A stretch of 64,000 bases of DNA, taken from positions 2,199,849-2,263,848 of the forward strand of contig CBDBLX010000002.1 of NCBI GenBank assembly GCA_965207445.1, written 5' to 3'. The position numbers and the translations under genes are program-made. Shown here one piece after another: positions 11,161 through 21,383 of this stretch; position 1 is the stretch's first letter; the number at the start of each line of letters is the position of its first letter. This DNA comes from Nitrosopumilus sp. Lineage in GTDB: Archaea; Thermoproteota; Nitrososphaeria; Nitrososphaerales; Nitrosopumilaceae. The notes under the pieces were generated by a model that ran no database searches, was not told the origin of the DNA, and saw only the letters and a list, made by a program, of their open reading frames with translations.

Positions 11161-11619
11161 TTGTCAAGCTACAAAGGAACATACACAAACGAGCAATCAT
11201 ACGGAATTGCATTACCCATAATTGCAATGCTGTTTATAGGGGCAGTTTACTTTTTGTCACAAAGATCAGATGCAGGATTTGCAAGCTTTATTTTAGTTGG
11301 AGCAGCTGCCATTACGATGATTTATTGGGTTCGTATGTTACAAAAGATTGCAAAAGATCACAAACCAGCATACACAAAGGCCAGAGAGCAAGAAAGTAAA
11401 AATTGGATGTACGACTTGATGAAAGGCGAGAATGAGTCAATATTTGTAGCAGAGGTACCAGGTCCAGAAGACAAGATAGCAGTCAGACTTATTGACGGAG
11501 TGCTGTATATACGTGGTTCAGGGGGATTTGGAAAAGAAGTTCCAATACAAGGCGCAGAGCAGATGCAGATAGTTGATTTCAAGTATAGGAATGGAGTGCT
11601 AACATTAAGAATCAGATAA
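11161..11619 (+). CDS. Membrane-anchored Hsp20/alpha-crystallin-like protein
   Basis: Two N-terminal TMs, then FVAEVPG...YRNGVLTLRI. Confidence 0.75.
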   Translation: MSSYKGTYTNEQSYGIALPIIAMLFIGAVYFLSQRSDAGFASFILVGAAAITMIYWVRMLQKIAKDHKPAYTKAREQESKNWMYDLMKGENESIFVAEVPGPEDKIAVRLIDGVLYIRGSGGFGKEVPIQGAEQMQIVDFKYRNGVLTLRIR

Positions 11620-11645
11620 AATCTTCTACCAATCAACAAAAAATT

Positions 11646-12794
11646 TTACAGACTCTTTGCAAGTTCTAATTTTTGGGGCAGATACTTGTCTGTAATGTTA
11701 GTCAACCCATACTTTGAGAATGCTTCTAATTCTGCTTTACGTTTTAAACGCAAAAAGACATCAAGTTCTTTGCGCCATATACCATAGGCATAACGTGGAT
11801 CATTTTTCAAATCATGACATCGTTTGATATCAGATTCAGTCATCGGTATTGTGGGAAGTTTGTATTTTTCTATATCAGTTGCCCATACACCCACCCATTT
11901 TGCATCTGGAACTGTTAATTCACGCAAGTGCGCAGCATTTGCAGAACCAGACTTTATAACCATGGCAATATGCTCACCATACACATCACCGTCTGTCAGA
12001 ATAATGATTGGTAGTCCCATCTCATCGTGTAGTCGTTTGAGCAAAGTTCGAGTTGAACGCGGAGCCTGTCCTCCAGTATTTATGATAATGGATTTGAACT
12101 TTTTATCAATCTGCTCTTCTACAAACCTTGTAAAAAGACCACCTTTTTCTATTGCAATGACAATCTCTGCACTTGTATCTACTAGTTCAGCAGTCGTAAG
12201 ACTAGGCCCAATAGAGTAACCGTCAGGGTGATTTGATAGGTTCATAGGTTTGCCTTCATAGCCAGGTATAGTGTACTCTATGTTAAGATCGCCAAATATT
12301 GTACTACGCTCTTCAGGGAATATGTGAAAGTCCTCGCGAGGCCTAGAAGTGACTGCTTCCAAATCTACAATAATATTATCAGATTCTGATTGATTATCAA
12401 ACTCTATTGCAAACGCTTGGGAAGAATAGTATACATCTCGAAGTGTAGATGACTTTTTCTCTTTTGTAAGTCTGTTTGCAAAGAATGCAAGCCACATTAG
12501 TTGGGTAAATGAGCGGAGTTGTGACGAGTTACGAGAACTTCTAGTAGAGGTGACATTTCCCAAAATGTATTGGCGCGTAGCATCATCAAATACAATATTA
12601 CTAACAGATCTACTCGGTATCGAGAATGTAGGAAACTTTCCTTTGTTTAGATCATTATAAATTCTGGCGCCATGTATTTTAAGATCTTCTAGTGTATGTT
12701 TTTGTTTTTCTTTTGCCTTTGTTGCGGCATTGATCTTTGATTTTTTTGATCGGGTTCGTGTATTAGATGATGATGATGATGTACGACGTGCCAT
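11646..12794 (-). CDS. top6A: DNA topoisomerase VI subunit A
   Basis: TLRDVYY, IEKGG, GGQAPR, Toprim DGDVYG, AELEAF. Confidence 0.95.
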   Translation of the reverse strand: MARRTSSSSSNTRTRSKKSKINAATKAKEKQKHTLEDLKIHGARIYNDLNKGKFPTFSIPSRSVSNIVFDDATRQYILGNVTSTRSSRNSSQLRSFTQLMWLAFFANRLTKEKKSSTLRDVYYSSQAFAIEFDNQSESDNIIVDLEAVTSRPREDFHIFPEERSTIFGDLNIEYTIPGYEGKPMNLSNHPDGYSIGPSLTTAELVDTSAEIVIAIEKGGLFTRFVEEQIDKKFKSIIINTGGQAPRSTRTLLKRLHDEMGLPIIILTDGDVYGEHIAMVIKSGSANAAHLRELTVPDAKWVGVWATDIEKYKLPTIPMTESDIKRCHDLKNDPRYAYGIWRKELDVFLRLKRKAELEAFSKYGLTNITDKYLPQKLELAKSL

Positions 12795-15064
12795 TATTGT
12801 AAGACCTTTCCTTTTGTTGTATTTGAGTGAGTGGATTTTTTAGTATTGATAACTTTCTTTTTGCTCTTGCGATTACCACTACTACGACTAGTAGTCACTC
12901 CACTAGTAGTCCGCTTTCCAAGACTCATTTTTGATGATCTAATGGTTGCAGTATTTGATGTATTCGATTTGCTTGTAGTGTTAGATGTATCATCGAATGC
13001 TTTCATCTCAGAGACATCACTAGGTTGTGGTGTAGTCGAATCGTCATCTTGTATATTGTTATCAGATGGGTTCGGGATAGTTGTGTTATTGTTGTTGTTT
13101 AAAGTAGAATTGTCACCATCATTGTCATTATCATTGTTGTCATTATTATTATCATTATTATTGTCATTACTATTGTCACCACCATTATGATCATCCTGAT
13201 CTTTTTTGGTCTCTGATATGTGCAATGCACTTGAAAGTTCTTGTAACATCTGCTGATACGCAGGTTCTTTCTTTTTCCCTGCAAGTTCGGTACAAAATTG
13301 TGATATCATAGGTACATATTTTGCATACAAGTTGGCACGTTTTCTTGCAGCCTCTGCCTGACCTCGCTTTGACATGTATCCGGCAAGTTTTCGTGACAAA
13401 TACTGTAAGGCGAGTCTTAATTCGCGCTCGATCTCTGGACGATCCGCTACATTCTCCTTACCGGCTGTCTTGTATGGAATACGTGTAGAGCATATATGAG
13501 ATACGATAACAAATGGCGGATCACCTTTTATCTTGTATCGTCCCCAATCAATGTCATTTATCACCTTGAGGACAACATCACTACCCTCATCATACAATAA
13601 TGGTATACGGTTTGCAAATCTATACACATGCGGTCCACCTCTAGGTATCTGCTCGCCTCCATATGCTATACCCATCTCAACTATAAATGGAAAACCAGAG
13701 TACGCAGATGCAGGACGTTGCACAACTGCAGAAAAGTCAGGATTAAAGAACTTTTTTATCCCCTTTTCAAGTGGCATGGCACCAAGAGGAGCAAGACAAC
13801 TAGAGTCAGGTGCCATAAACTCTTCAAATTTTTGTAGTGAGTCACTCAAACTCACCAGCTCCTGGTTTGTCATAGAACCCATCCGTTTTTCAGGCTTGAA
13901 TCCTGCAAACTCTGCAAATTTGTTTGCAGTGCCAGATCCTACTCGTTGAAAACGCTTTATCAAAAATGTTGCTAGTGGCTCACCTTGTACAGTGTTTGCA
14001 AGTTGCCGATAGTATGGACTCTTACTATCCAAAGATGCAGTCTTTGTATCAGAAGTTGCAAAGTCCCAATACGATATGACGTTGTTTGCAGTATCAATAT
14101 CTTCTATGCGAATACGACTAATAGTGTCAAAATCAGCTTCTAAAAACGACATTATAGCAAGAATTATTCGAACGTGTTTTGTAAGGCCTTTCCATTTTTT
14201 GGCAGTACGAATCATTATTCGCTTAAAGTTGGCATCTTTTTTGACGATCAATTCTTTGCATATTTTTGATATCATCTCATCATTTACAACAGGAATGTCA
14301 AATTGTGACTCTACTATCATACGTCGTATACGCTCAACATCAACACCATGTGGATGGGGACGAATTATTGTTGGTGGTGGCGGTATATCAGTTACAAACC
14401 TAGAATGTGAAAAGCTCTGTTCTTTGGGATCATTAAATGTTAAAGTGGCATAAGGTGTAATCAGTGACGTCTCATACACATAATCACGTATCTTCGTTCC
14501 AGCCTTTGAATAGTCACCTTCTAAACATATACTCACCGAGAGCCCCATTTTTGCAGCTTTGCGAGTCTCATGTTTTACTATAACAGGCTTGTTTTTTTGA
14601 ATGTCAAGTAGTATCTCAAATCTATCCTGTGTCTTTCCATCCACAGAGCTAACTACCGTGACGGGCATGTTGGTAGTTATTTGTCCATACAAAATTGCCA
14701 TCGTAGCACCCAATCCAAACATACCTCGGGCTTGCTTTAGACCAAATTTTGATCCATACAAAACAGTACCAAATGCAAGTGGAATATGATCGGCATCAAC
14801 TCCAGGACCGTTATCCTTTACTGTTAGGATATAGTGACGTGGATCTGTTTTTGTCGAGTCAACTGCTTTGATCGACAAATGTACGTTTGGTAGTATTCCT
14901 TTTTGATCACATGCATCAAGTGAGTTTTCTACCAACTCCCTAACAGCAGTGTATAATGAACGGGTAGGATTACTGAATCCTGCCAAGTCTCTATTGCTAT
15001 AAAAGAACTCACTTGGTGAGATCTGATTAAACCTCTCTTTAATCTGAACCATATCTATCATCAT
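12794..15064 (-). CDS. top6B: DNA topoisomerase VI subunit B with a long low-complexity C-terminal tail
   Basis: GHKL motifs ELVENSLDA, DNGPG, GSKF...RG.FGLG; RFANRIPLLY. Confidence 0.95.
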   Translation of the reverse strand: MMIDMVQIKERFNQISPSEFFYSNRDLAGFSNPTRSLYTAVRELVENSLDACDQKGILPNVHLSIKAVDSTKTDPRHYILTVKDNGPGVDADHIPLAFGTVLYGSKFGLKQARGMFGLGATMAILYGQITTNMPVTVVSSVDGKTQDRFEILLDIQKNKPVIVKHETRKAAKMGLSVSICLEGDYSKAGTKIRDYVYETSLITPYATLTFNDPKEQSFSHSRFVTDIPPPPTIIRPHPHGVDVERIRRMIVESQFDIPVVNDEMISKICKELIVKKDANFKRIMIRTAKKWKGLTKHVRIILAIMSFLEADFDTISRIRIEDIDTANNVISYWDFATSDTKTASLDSKSPYYRQLANTVQGEPLATFLIKRFQRVGSGTANKFAEFAGFKPEKRMGSMTNQELVSLSDSLQKFEEFMAPDSSCLAPLGAMPLEKGIKKFFNPDFSAVVQRPASAYSGFPFIVEMGIAYGGEQIPRGGPHVYRFANRIPLLYDEGSDVVLKVINDIDWGRYKIKGDPPFVIVSHICSTRIPYKTAGKENVADRPEIERELRLALQYLSRKLAGYMSKRGQAEAARKRANLYAKYVPMISQFCTELAGKKKEPAYQQMLQELSSALHISETKKDQDDHNGGDNSNDNNNDNNNDNNDNDNDGDNSTLNNNNNTTIPNPSDNNIQDDDSTTPQPSDVSEMKAFDDTSNTTSKSNTSNTATIRSSKMSLGKRTTSGVTTSRSSGNRKSKKKVINTKKSTHSNTTKGKVLQ

Positions 15065-15758
15065 CTTCCCATAGAATCATTCTTTGCTGTTTTTGGTGCC
15101 TGTTTGCAACCTCGAGCTTGTTGTATACTGCACCGTGTGTACTTCCACAAGATATTGCGCGTACAGCATCCACTGCGCGCATCAATCCTCCACCTGCACC
15201 AATTATTGACACGGTTTTTCCGTATACAGAGATGTGCGTTTTACTTAGTTGTTCCATATTCTTTCTTGCCCTGCCACGTTCTCCAATAACCCTACCTTTT
15301 ATCCTTTCAATGCTAGAACGTGATTTGCCTGCAAACTCAGTCAAATTTATCACAAATAATGAGTTCTCATTTTTAAGTAGAGTTAATGCCACATCGGGCG
15401 TAAAACCTCTACCTATTGCCATTACAATCTCGACTGCTTTGAATGGTAAGAACAGATCGTCTTTGTGGCCATCATTGTAATCATTATTAGTATCAGGTGT
15501 ATTATCAAGCGTAGTATCAGGTGTATTATCAAGCGTAGTATCAGGTGTATTATCAAGCATATTACCAAGATGCACATTAGTATCATGCATATGGGCATCT
15601 GGCGTCTCTACATGTACGATTAAAATTTCACCAGTTGTACTATTAATATCAAGTTGGACGTTACATTTGCGCTCTATTTGTGATTTAATTGTACCACGTT
15701 TGCCTATCAAGATAGCTACTCGCTCATGGGGTATGCGTACCAATTTCTCAAATATCAT
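15039..15758 (-). CDS. KH-domain pre-rRNA processing protein (Pno1/Dim2)
   Basis: LIGKRG and IKGRVIGERG KH motifs, AIGRGF, HGAVY. Confidence 0.9.
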   Translation of the reverse strand: MIFEKLVRIPHERVAILIGKRGTIKSQIERKCNVQLDINSTTGEILIVHVETPDAHMHDTNVHLGNMLDNTPDTTLDNTPDTTLDNTPDTNNDYNDGHKDDLFLPFKAVEIVMAIGRGFTPDVALTLLKNENSLFVINLTEFAGKSRSSIERIKGRVIGERGRARKNMEQLSKTHISVYGKTVSIIGAGGGLMRAVDAVRAISCGSTHGAVYNKLEVANRHQKQQRMILWEDDDRYGSD

Positions 15759-16828
15759 GTTAAAAGCCTCTCCATGATACGATCAACATCATTATCATCT
15801 ATTTCAACGTCCCGCTTTTTGAAAAATCGAATAATGTTATTAATGTCTCTTTGAAGAAAAACTGTAGAGTTCGGATGATTTTTGTGTACAGCAGACCCCA
15901 GATCAAAGACCACCAACCCCCGCCCATCAACTTTGAATATGTTGTATTCAGAATAATCACCATGCACAAGACTAGCTTTTTCATACATGTCAACTATTAT
16001 TGATATTGCCTGTAGATAATCATCATAGTTTACCTTAGAGTGCAAGAGTTGAGTTGCAGGAGTAGACATTGCATATGTATCATTAGAATGATGTGACGAG
16101 CCAATAAACTCCATGGCAAGGACGTTGTTTGCCACATGTATTGGTCTTGGTGCAGGTATTCCTGCGGCTTGACACTGTTTTAAATTACGAAATTCTTTTT
16201 TGGCCCATAAATACACCATATTTTTCGTACCCTTTTTGACAGAAGTAAACCGTGGGTCTCCTAACACATATTCTTGACGACGCTTAAAGTTCGATGTGCT
16301 AACCAAATAGATCTTCAAAGCAACACTCATACCAGTAGAGTTTAGTCCCCAAAACACAAGGGACTCTTTGCCAGCACTAATAGAGCCGTTTACACCGGAC
16401 AGTATACCACCAGTTATCATCTTGTACAATGTCATTATAGTTGACTTGTCGAGTACTTCATTTACCACCTTGTTTTTTTTAAAACCATCTGCAAGATCTC
16501 TTTTGCGACGTGTGTGTATACGGTTATCAAGTTTCTGCTCTATTTTAGATACAATGTGTTCATTGTTGTTAATATCATCATCAATATCATCATCAGTATT
16601 ATCATCAATATTATCATCAGTATTATCATCAATATTATCATCAGCATATTTCCCATCTAAATAAACATCATCACATACATCATCACATACATCATCAGAG
16701 TTAGTATTAAGAGTTGTAGTAAAAGTGCGATGTAGATTATCATCAGTACAAGTATCATTACTATCATACGTGTCTTCAACTGTGTGGTTTAGGTTAATTT
16801 TTTCTGCCATAGTAGATGGTACAACCAC
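15755..16828 (-). CDS. rio1: RIO1-family serine kinase
   Basis: ISAGKES, ALKIY, WAKKEFRNL, LVHGDYSEYNI, FDLGSAV. Confidence 0.9.
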   Translation of the reverse strand: MVVPSTMAEKINLNHTVEDTYDSNDTCTDDNLHRTFTTTLNTNSDDVCDDVCDDVYLDGKYADDNIDDNTDDNIDDNTDDDIDDDINNNEHIVSKIEQKLDNRIHTRRKRDLADGFKKNKVVNEVLDKSTIMTLYKMITGGILSGVNGSISAGKESLVFWGLNSTGMSVALKIYLVSTSNFKRRQEYVLGDPRFTSVKKGTKNMVYLWAKKEFRNLKQCQAAGIPAPRPIHVANNVLAMEFIGSSHHSNDTYAMSTPATQLLHSKVNYDDYLQAISIIVDMYEKASLVHGDYSEYNIFKVDGRGLVVFDLGSAVHKNHPNSTVFLQRDINNIIRFFKKRDVEIDDNDVDRIMERLLT

Positions 16829-16921
16829 AGTCTAAAATTAATTTCGATGGCCAATATTGAGATTGTATAATACAAGCAAATAATTTAACAACGGTAATTC
16901 ACAGCAACACTATAATAAAAA

Positions 16922-17233
16922 CTACATTTTAAATATCAACATGAATGGAACATTAGATATTACTCGTGTACCATCTTTTGTACCCACACCCAGATCTATT
17001 GCCAATGATACTATTTTTGGACCTACCAAGTTGATAATAGATGAATTTTGTAATAGTTCAGTTGCCTGGTCTGTAGATACAATCTTGCCCCCATAATACC
17101 CCTCACTAATATGCATCTCATGTTCACCATCACCAATCTTGTTTCCAAGCAGATTATAGTCACATATATTCAACATTGTACTTCCCTGATACTCTGAAAC
17201 ACGAGCAGAAAAGGACATTGTTAAATCACGCAT
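16922..17233 (-). CDS. DUF424-family protein
   Basis: NICD..LLG, SEGYYGG, SIINLVG...V. Confidence 0.8.
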   Translation of the reverse strand: MRDLTMSFSARVSEYQGSTMLNICDYNLLGNKIGDGEHEMHISEGYYGGKIVSTDQATELLQNSSIINLVGPKIVSLAIDLGVGTKDGTRVISNVPFMLIFKM

Positions 17234-17684
17234 ATTTGCCCTTTAGTGTAGATTTGGCTCCACATGCCTCACATATTAAAAATGATATTCGATTCTCTCG
17301 AACCGTCTTTGTATCTGGACTCTTGCATGTAGGACACTCTAGGTAATCCTTGACATAAATCTGAAAGAGTCTTGTAAAGTCATCAGGGTCACGTCTGCCA
17401 ATGAACATTGCCTTGTCACCAATCCGCTCTGCAGGCACAGCAAACTCTTTTGACAAGTACTGTAACACTTTATCAGGGTCCCTCCTCAGCACCTTTGGAA
17501 AATCAGCAAAGTTTCTCAAAAATGTTTTTTGACCCTCCCACATTACATCAACTACGGGAAGCTCAAATCGCGTAGAGTTACTATTAGCATCACCGTCGCG
17601 ATTCACACTACACCCAAGATTACCCTCTATTCTTTTGAGCAGTGACTTGTATTGTTCTACCATAACATAACGAACATAGCACAC
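17226..17684 (-). CDS. Translation initiation factor aIF-2 beta subunit
   Basis: RFELP, LRNF...LRRDP, Zn ribbon CPTCKSPDT...CEACGA. Confidence 0.93.
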   Translation of the reverse strand: MCYVRYVMVEQYKSLLKRIEGNLGCSVNRDGDANSNSTRFELPVVDVMWEGQKTFLRNFADFPKVLRRDPDKVLQYLSKEFAVPAERIGDKAMFIGRRDPDDFTRLFQIYVKDYLECPTCKSPDTKTVRENRISFLICEACGAKSTLKGKYA

Positions 17685-17722
17685 GCTATATGAGTTTTGA
17701 AAAAAGGGAGTAAGTACTCCGT

Positions 17723-17869
17723 TTATTGTGGTTTACCTATTCTGAATACACCAATACCACATTTAGGGCATGTGCCTTTAACGGCAGGTCGACCATTCTT
17801 GAGAGTTACTTCTTGTGGATCTTTGATCTCCACCTTCTCTCTGCATTTCACACAGTATGCTTGTGCCAT
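17723..17869 (-). CDS. Small Zn-binding protein (DUF5679-like), below the ORF-track cutoff
   Basis: Translated by hand: MAQAYCVKCREKVEIKDPQEVTLKNGRPAVKGTCPKCGIGVFRIGKPQ*. Confidence 0.8.
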   Translation of the reverse strand: MAQAYCVKCREKVEIKDPQEVTLKNGRPAVKGTCPKCGIGVFRIGKPQ

Positions 17870-18105
17870 TTCAAAATTACATTTGTGTGCGTATATATAG
17901 TAAGAGTAGGTAAAGAATATTTGATAATTAAGGTGACTTTTGTAGATTACTTTTTGACAATGTACGATAGATAATAAATCAAAAAATGGTTAATTTTACA
18001 GCTTTTATATTGAAATATGATAATTATATATATAATTTTAATATTTTATGAATTTTTTAATCAAAATGGTAAAATTACACATCACCGATAGATTATAAGG
18101 CACAT

Positions 18106-18642
18106 GTGCAAAGTAACCGCATATTGAGGCCAAAAAGGGGAATTATCATAACTATTGCAATATTAGCAGGCATAACTGCTGCAAGTTTTTTGGCATGGAT
18201 TCCACTAGGAGGCCAATCATCAAACAATGCCACATTCATAATAACAGATCATAAAGCATACCTTGATGATGTGAAGAGCATACATGAAGTATTGATAAAA
18301 TCAACTGCAATTGAGTTTGAGATGCTAGTGACATATGAGATTACACCAGAACAATACATGACAAGATCAGATGCCACATCATTACAAGTCACAATGCAGA
18401 TAAAAGAGTTCATTACATCAAAGCCACCAGAAATGTGGCAGGAAAGTTATATACTGTATGGAGAAGCATTGCGGTCGTTTAACTCATATCTAGCAGAAAC
18501 ACAAGTAGTTGCCAATATGATACAAAATAGAGACGATATAACAGATGAGCAGATGCAAGAGGCAATAGACAGAGCAGAAGGATTTAGTAAAGAGTCAAAT
18601 GAGTATATCATGCGCTCAGATGCAGCACGCCCTCTTCAATGA
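18106..18642 (+). CDS. Membrane-anchored hypothetical protein
   Basis: N-terminal TM followed by a helical domain. Confidence 0.7.
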   Translation: MQSNRILRPKRGIIITIAILAGITAASFLAWIPLGGQSSNNATFIITDHKAYLDDVKSIHEVLIKSTAIEFEMLVTYEITPEQYMTRSDATSLQVTMQIKEFITSKPPEMWQESYILYGEALRSFNSYLAETQVVANMIQNRDDITDEQMQEAIDRAEGFSKESNEYIMRSDAARPLQ

Positions 18643-18677
18643 CCATAGTCTTTATGTGAGTATACAAATTCACAAAT

Positions 18678-19613
18678 GTGAATAATATAACATCAAAAAA
18701 AGATACGCACAAAACACGTGCAAATTCTATGGTCATAACTGAGCGCGGAGTAATGGCACTAGACAAAAAGTTTAGTAAATTAGAAATGTCAGATGCAAGA
18801 GGCATAACACGAGCAAGGCTCTTGTCGAGGTTTGTAAATGAGATTTCAACAAAAAAATTTGGAGCAGTTGTGTTTGGATATGAAACAGTACTGCATGACG
18901 ATACAACAGAACACACAATGCCACTCAAAGAGATTAGTGTTGAGTTAGAAAGATTATTGTCAAATAGGATTACAATTGGAATTGCATCTAGACAGAGCCA
19001 TCAAGAAATAAGAACACATTTACAACACACAATTGCACCAGAGTATTGGGAGAACACATACACGTCATATTGTAATGGAGCAAACACAAGTACACTAAAC
19101 TATGATGATCAAAATCACAATAATGAGAATAAAGACCTAGAGTCATTTTTAGAATTTGCAATCAGAAATGGCATAATAGTAAAAGATGATACAATCAAAT
19201 ATGACAACCAAATATCAATTAAAAATTACAGTGGCATGTATAGCGCACAAAAAATATTATCACATATGAGGGACGCAAAATATCCACTACTAGAAAAGAT
19301 AAAAGTATTAGAGTCAAAAAAGTTTATTGATATTATTCCATATCATACATCAAAGTATCATATAGTTAATGCAATCAAAAATGTAATTCCAAAGGATCGA
19401 TACATATTGTGCATAGGACATGACGGCCAATGGCCAGGAAGTGACTGTGAATTATTGACACATAGATATTCATTGAGTACAAATACTGTATCAACAACAG
19501 CGGCATCATGTTGGAATTTATTGCCAGATGGCATATATGGTGAACAAGGCACAATATCATATCTCAAGGGCATGCATGTAAAAAATAACGCGTGGTTTAA
19601 TATTACAATATAG
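18678..19613 (+). CDS. HAD-superfamily-like protein with degenerate catalytic motifs
   Basis: AVVFGYETVL (motif I position), IGIASR (II), IDIIP..TSK (III), LCIGHDGQWPGSD..LL (IV). Confidence 0.55.
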   Translation: MNNITSKKDTHKTRANSMVITERGVMALDKKFSKLEMSDARGITRARLLSRFVNEISTKKFGAVVFGYETVLHDDTTEHTMPLKEISVELERLLSNRITIGIASRQSHQEIRTHLQHTIAPEYWENTYTSYCNGANTSTLNYDDQNHNNENKDLESFLEFAIRNGIIVKDDTIKYDNQISIKNYSGMYSAQKILSHMRDAKYPLLEKIKVLESKKFIDIIPYHTSKYHIVNAIKNVIPKDRYILCIGHDGQWPGSDCELLTHRYSLSTNTVSTTAASCWNLLPDGIYGEQGTISYLKGMHVKNNAWFNITI

Positions 19614-19721
19614 CAAATATAGATGCTCAATTCCGATCAACACAAAAGAGTAGACATGTATTACATCATAATTAGGCAAACAACTGGAAATTGTTAAAAA
19701 GAAACAAAGCTACAATACGAC

Positions 19722-20858
19722 ATGTCTCAACAACATCACACAAAAAAAGAAAGAAAAGATACAAGTGACACTTCAAACAAGTTGCTTGTCATATGTGTTG
19801 ATAGAGATGATGATGTAGGTGAGAAAACAGGTATCAAAACACCTGTTATTGGAAGAAATGCATGCATAGAAGCAGCGCAAAGACTAGCCTTGGAGGACCC
19901 AGAAGATGCAGACTCTAATGCAATATTTGCAGCGATAAAGACGTATGAGGACTTGGTAAGTAAAGGGTACACAGTAGAGGTCATTACAGTTGCAGGAGTA
20001 AAAGAGAGAGGGGTTAGGGCAGATGAAAAGATACTAGCTGAGATTAAAGATGTGCAAAATAAATTTGCAGCAACAGGTGCTGTGATAGTGTCTGATGGAG
20101 AGGATGATGAAAGTGTCATACCGGTTATACAGAATGCACTACCAGTAGTATCTGTTCAACGTGTTGTAATGAAGGTAAGTCGTAGTGTAGAGTACTCGTA
20201 TGCAGTATTTGGAAAATATCTCAAGACAATAGCGTATGATTCACGATACTCAAAATTCTTTTTGGGTGTTCCAGGTATACTGATGCTGATTGCCGGAATA
20301 GCTACTGTCTTTAACTTTACAGAGATAATATTTGCAGCAATGATAAGTATACTAGGAGGTGCATTTTTAATCAGGGCTTTTGATATAGACAAAGCATGGA
20401 GTAACTGGTCAAAACCTACACCGATGGGATTCATACGGATGTTTACAATGGTGACGGGTGTGATCTTGATACTCTCATCAGTTCCTGCAGGAATAAGTGC
20501 AATAGAGGTAGACTTGTTTAATACAGATGCAGATGTTATGACAATAATATCAGACAAGACAATAATTGGTCAATTTATTGCAGGTGCGCTTCCCATATTA
20601 TGGATAGGAATGGGGGTCATATTAGGAGGTACATTTTTAAGCAATTTAATAGGTGGCACACCAAAACATACAGTAGACATACTTAGACTCGTAGTCTTGG
20701 TAGCTGTATATCCAACAGTTTATCAATTTACAAACGTCATAATATATGATGAGAGTTCATTTACATTGGTTCTGCCGCTATTAGGAGGACTAGTAGCAAC
20801 ATTAGGTATTGCATATGTGCTATTTAGAAAGTATAGAAAACGAAAAATAGAAGAATGA
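19722..20858 (+). CDS. DUF373-family membrane protein
   Basis: LVICVDRDDDVG, DPEDADSN, VSDGEDDE, C-terminal TMs. Confidence 0.9.
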   Translation: MSQQHHTKKERKDTSDTSNKLLVICVDRDDDVGEKTGIKTPVIGRNACIEAAQRLALEDPEDADSNAIFAAIKTYEDLVSKGYTVEVITVAGVKERGVRADEKILAEIKDVQNKFAATGAVIVSDGEDDESVIPVIQNALPVVSVQRVVMKVSRSVEYSYAVFGKYLKTIAYDSRYSKFFLGVPGILMLIAGIATVFNFTEIIFAAMISILGGAFLIRAFDIDKAWSNWSKPTPMGFIRMFTMVTGVILILSSVPAGISAIEVDLFNTDADVMTIISDKTIIGQFIAGALPILWIGMGVILGGTFLSNLIGGTPKHTVDILRLVVLVAVYPTVYQFTNVIIYDESSFTLVLPLLGGLVATLGIAYVLFRKYRKRKIEE

Positions 20859-21383
20859 CCAAATACAAATCAACTGGCGACTATTATATATATTAATTAT
20901 AACAATATGTTAAGATAAATTATAAAATATCTATACAAAATAAATTATAAACAATCACTAATTGGAATTTAGTGTGAACCAACCTCCCTGATTGATGTAT
21001 TCATTTAAAATTTGAATATGAATAAATAAAATAATTTAGATTTTTAGGTTTTACTATAATATTTTTTCTCATATTTAAATTAATCTATCTAAATCATTGG
21101 AAATAATAAATACACTTATATGATCAAAGGTTTTTACCAACACTATGAGTCAAAAAAGACCAAACAAACGTAACTATTTTGCTTTTTGAAGTGGACACTT
21201 AAATTCTTATGATTATATACTATAATAATTTTGGTTTAAAAAATTTGATCAAAGAGTCGAAATAATTTAACGATAGGGTGTTAAATCAAAACGCTTCCAT
21301 CTATCATTAAGTGCAAATAAAATGATAGACAGGAACGATATTAGATCATCGCAAAAATGTGATTTAAGCGATCAGTGTGACTT

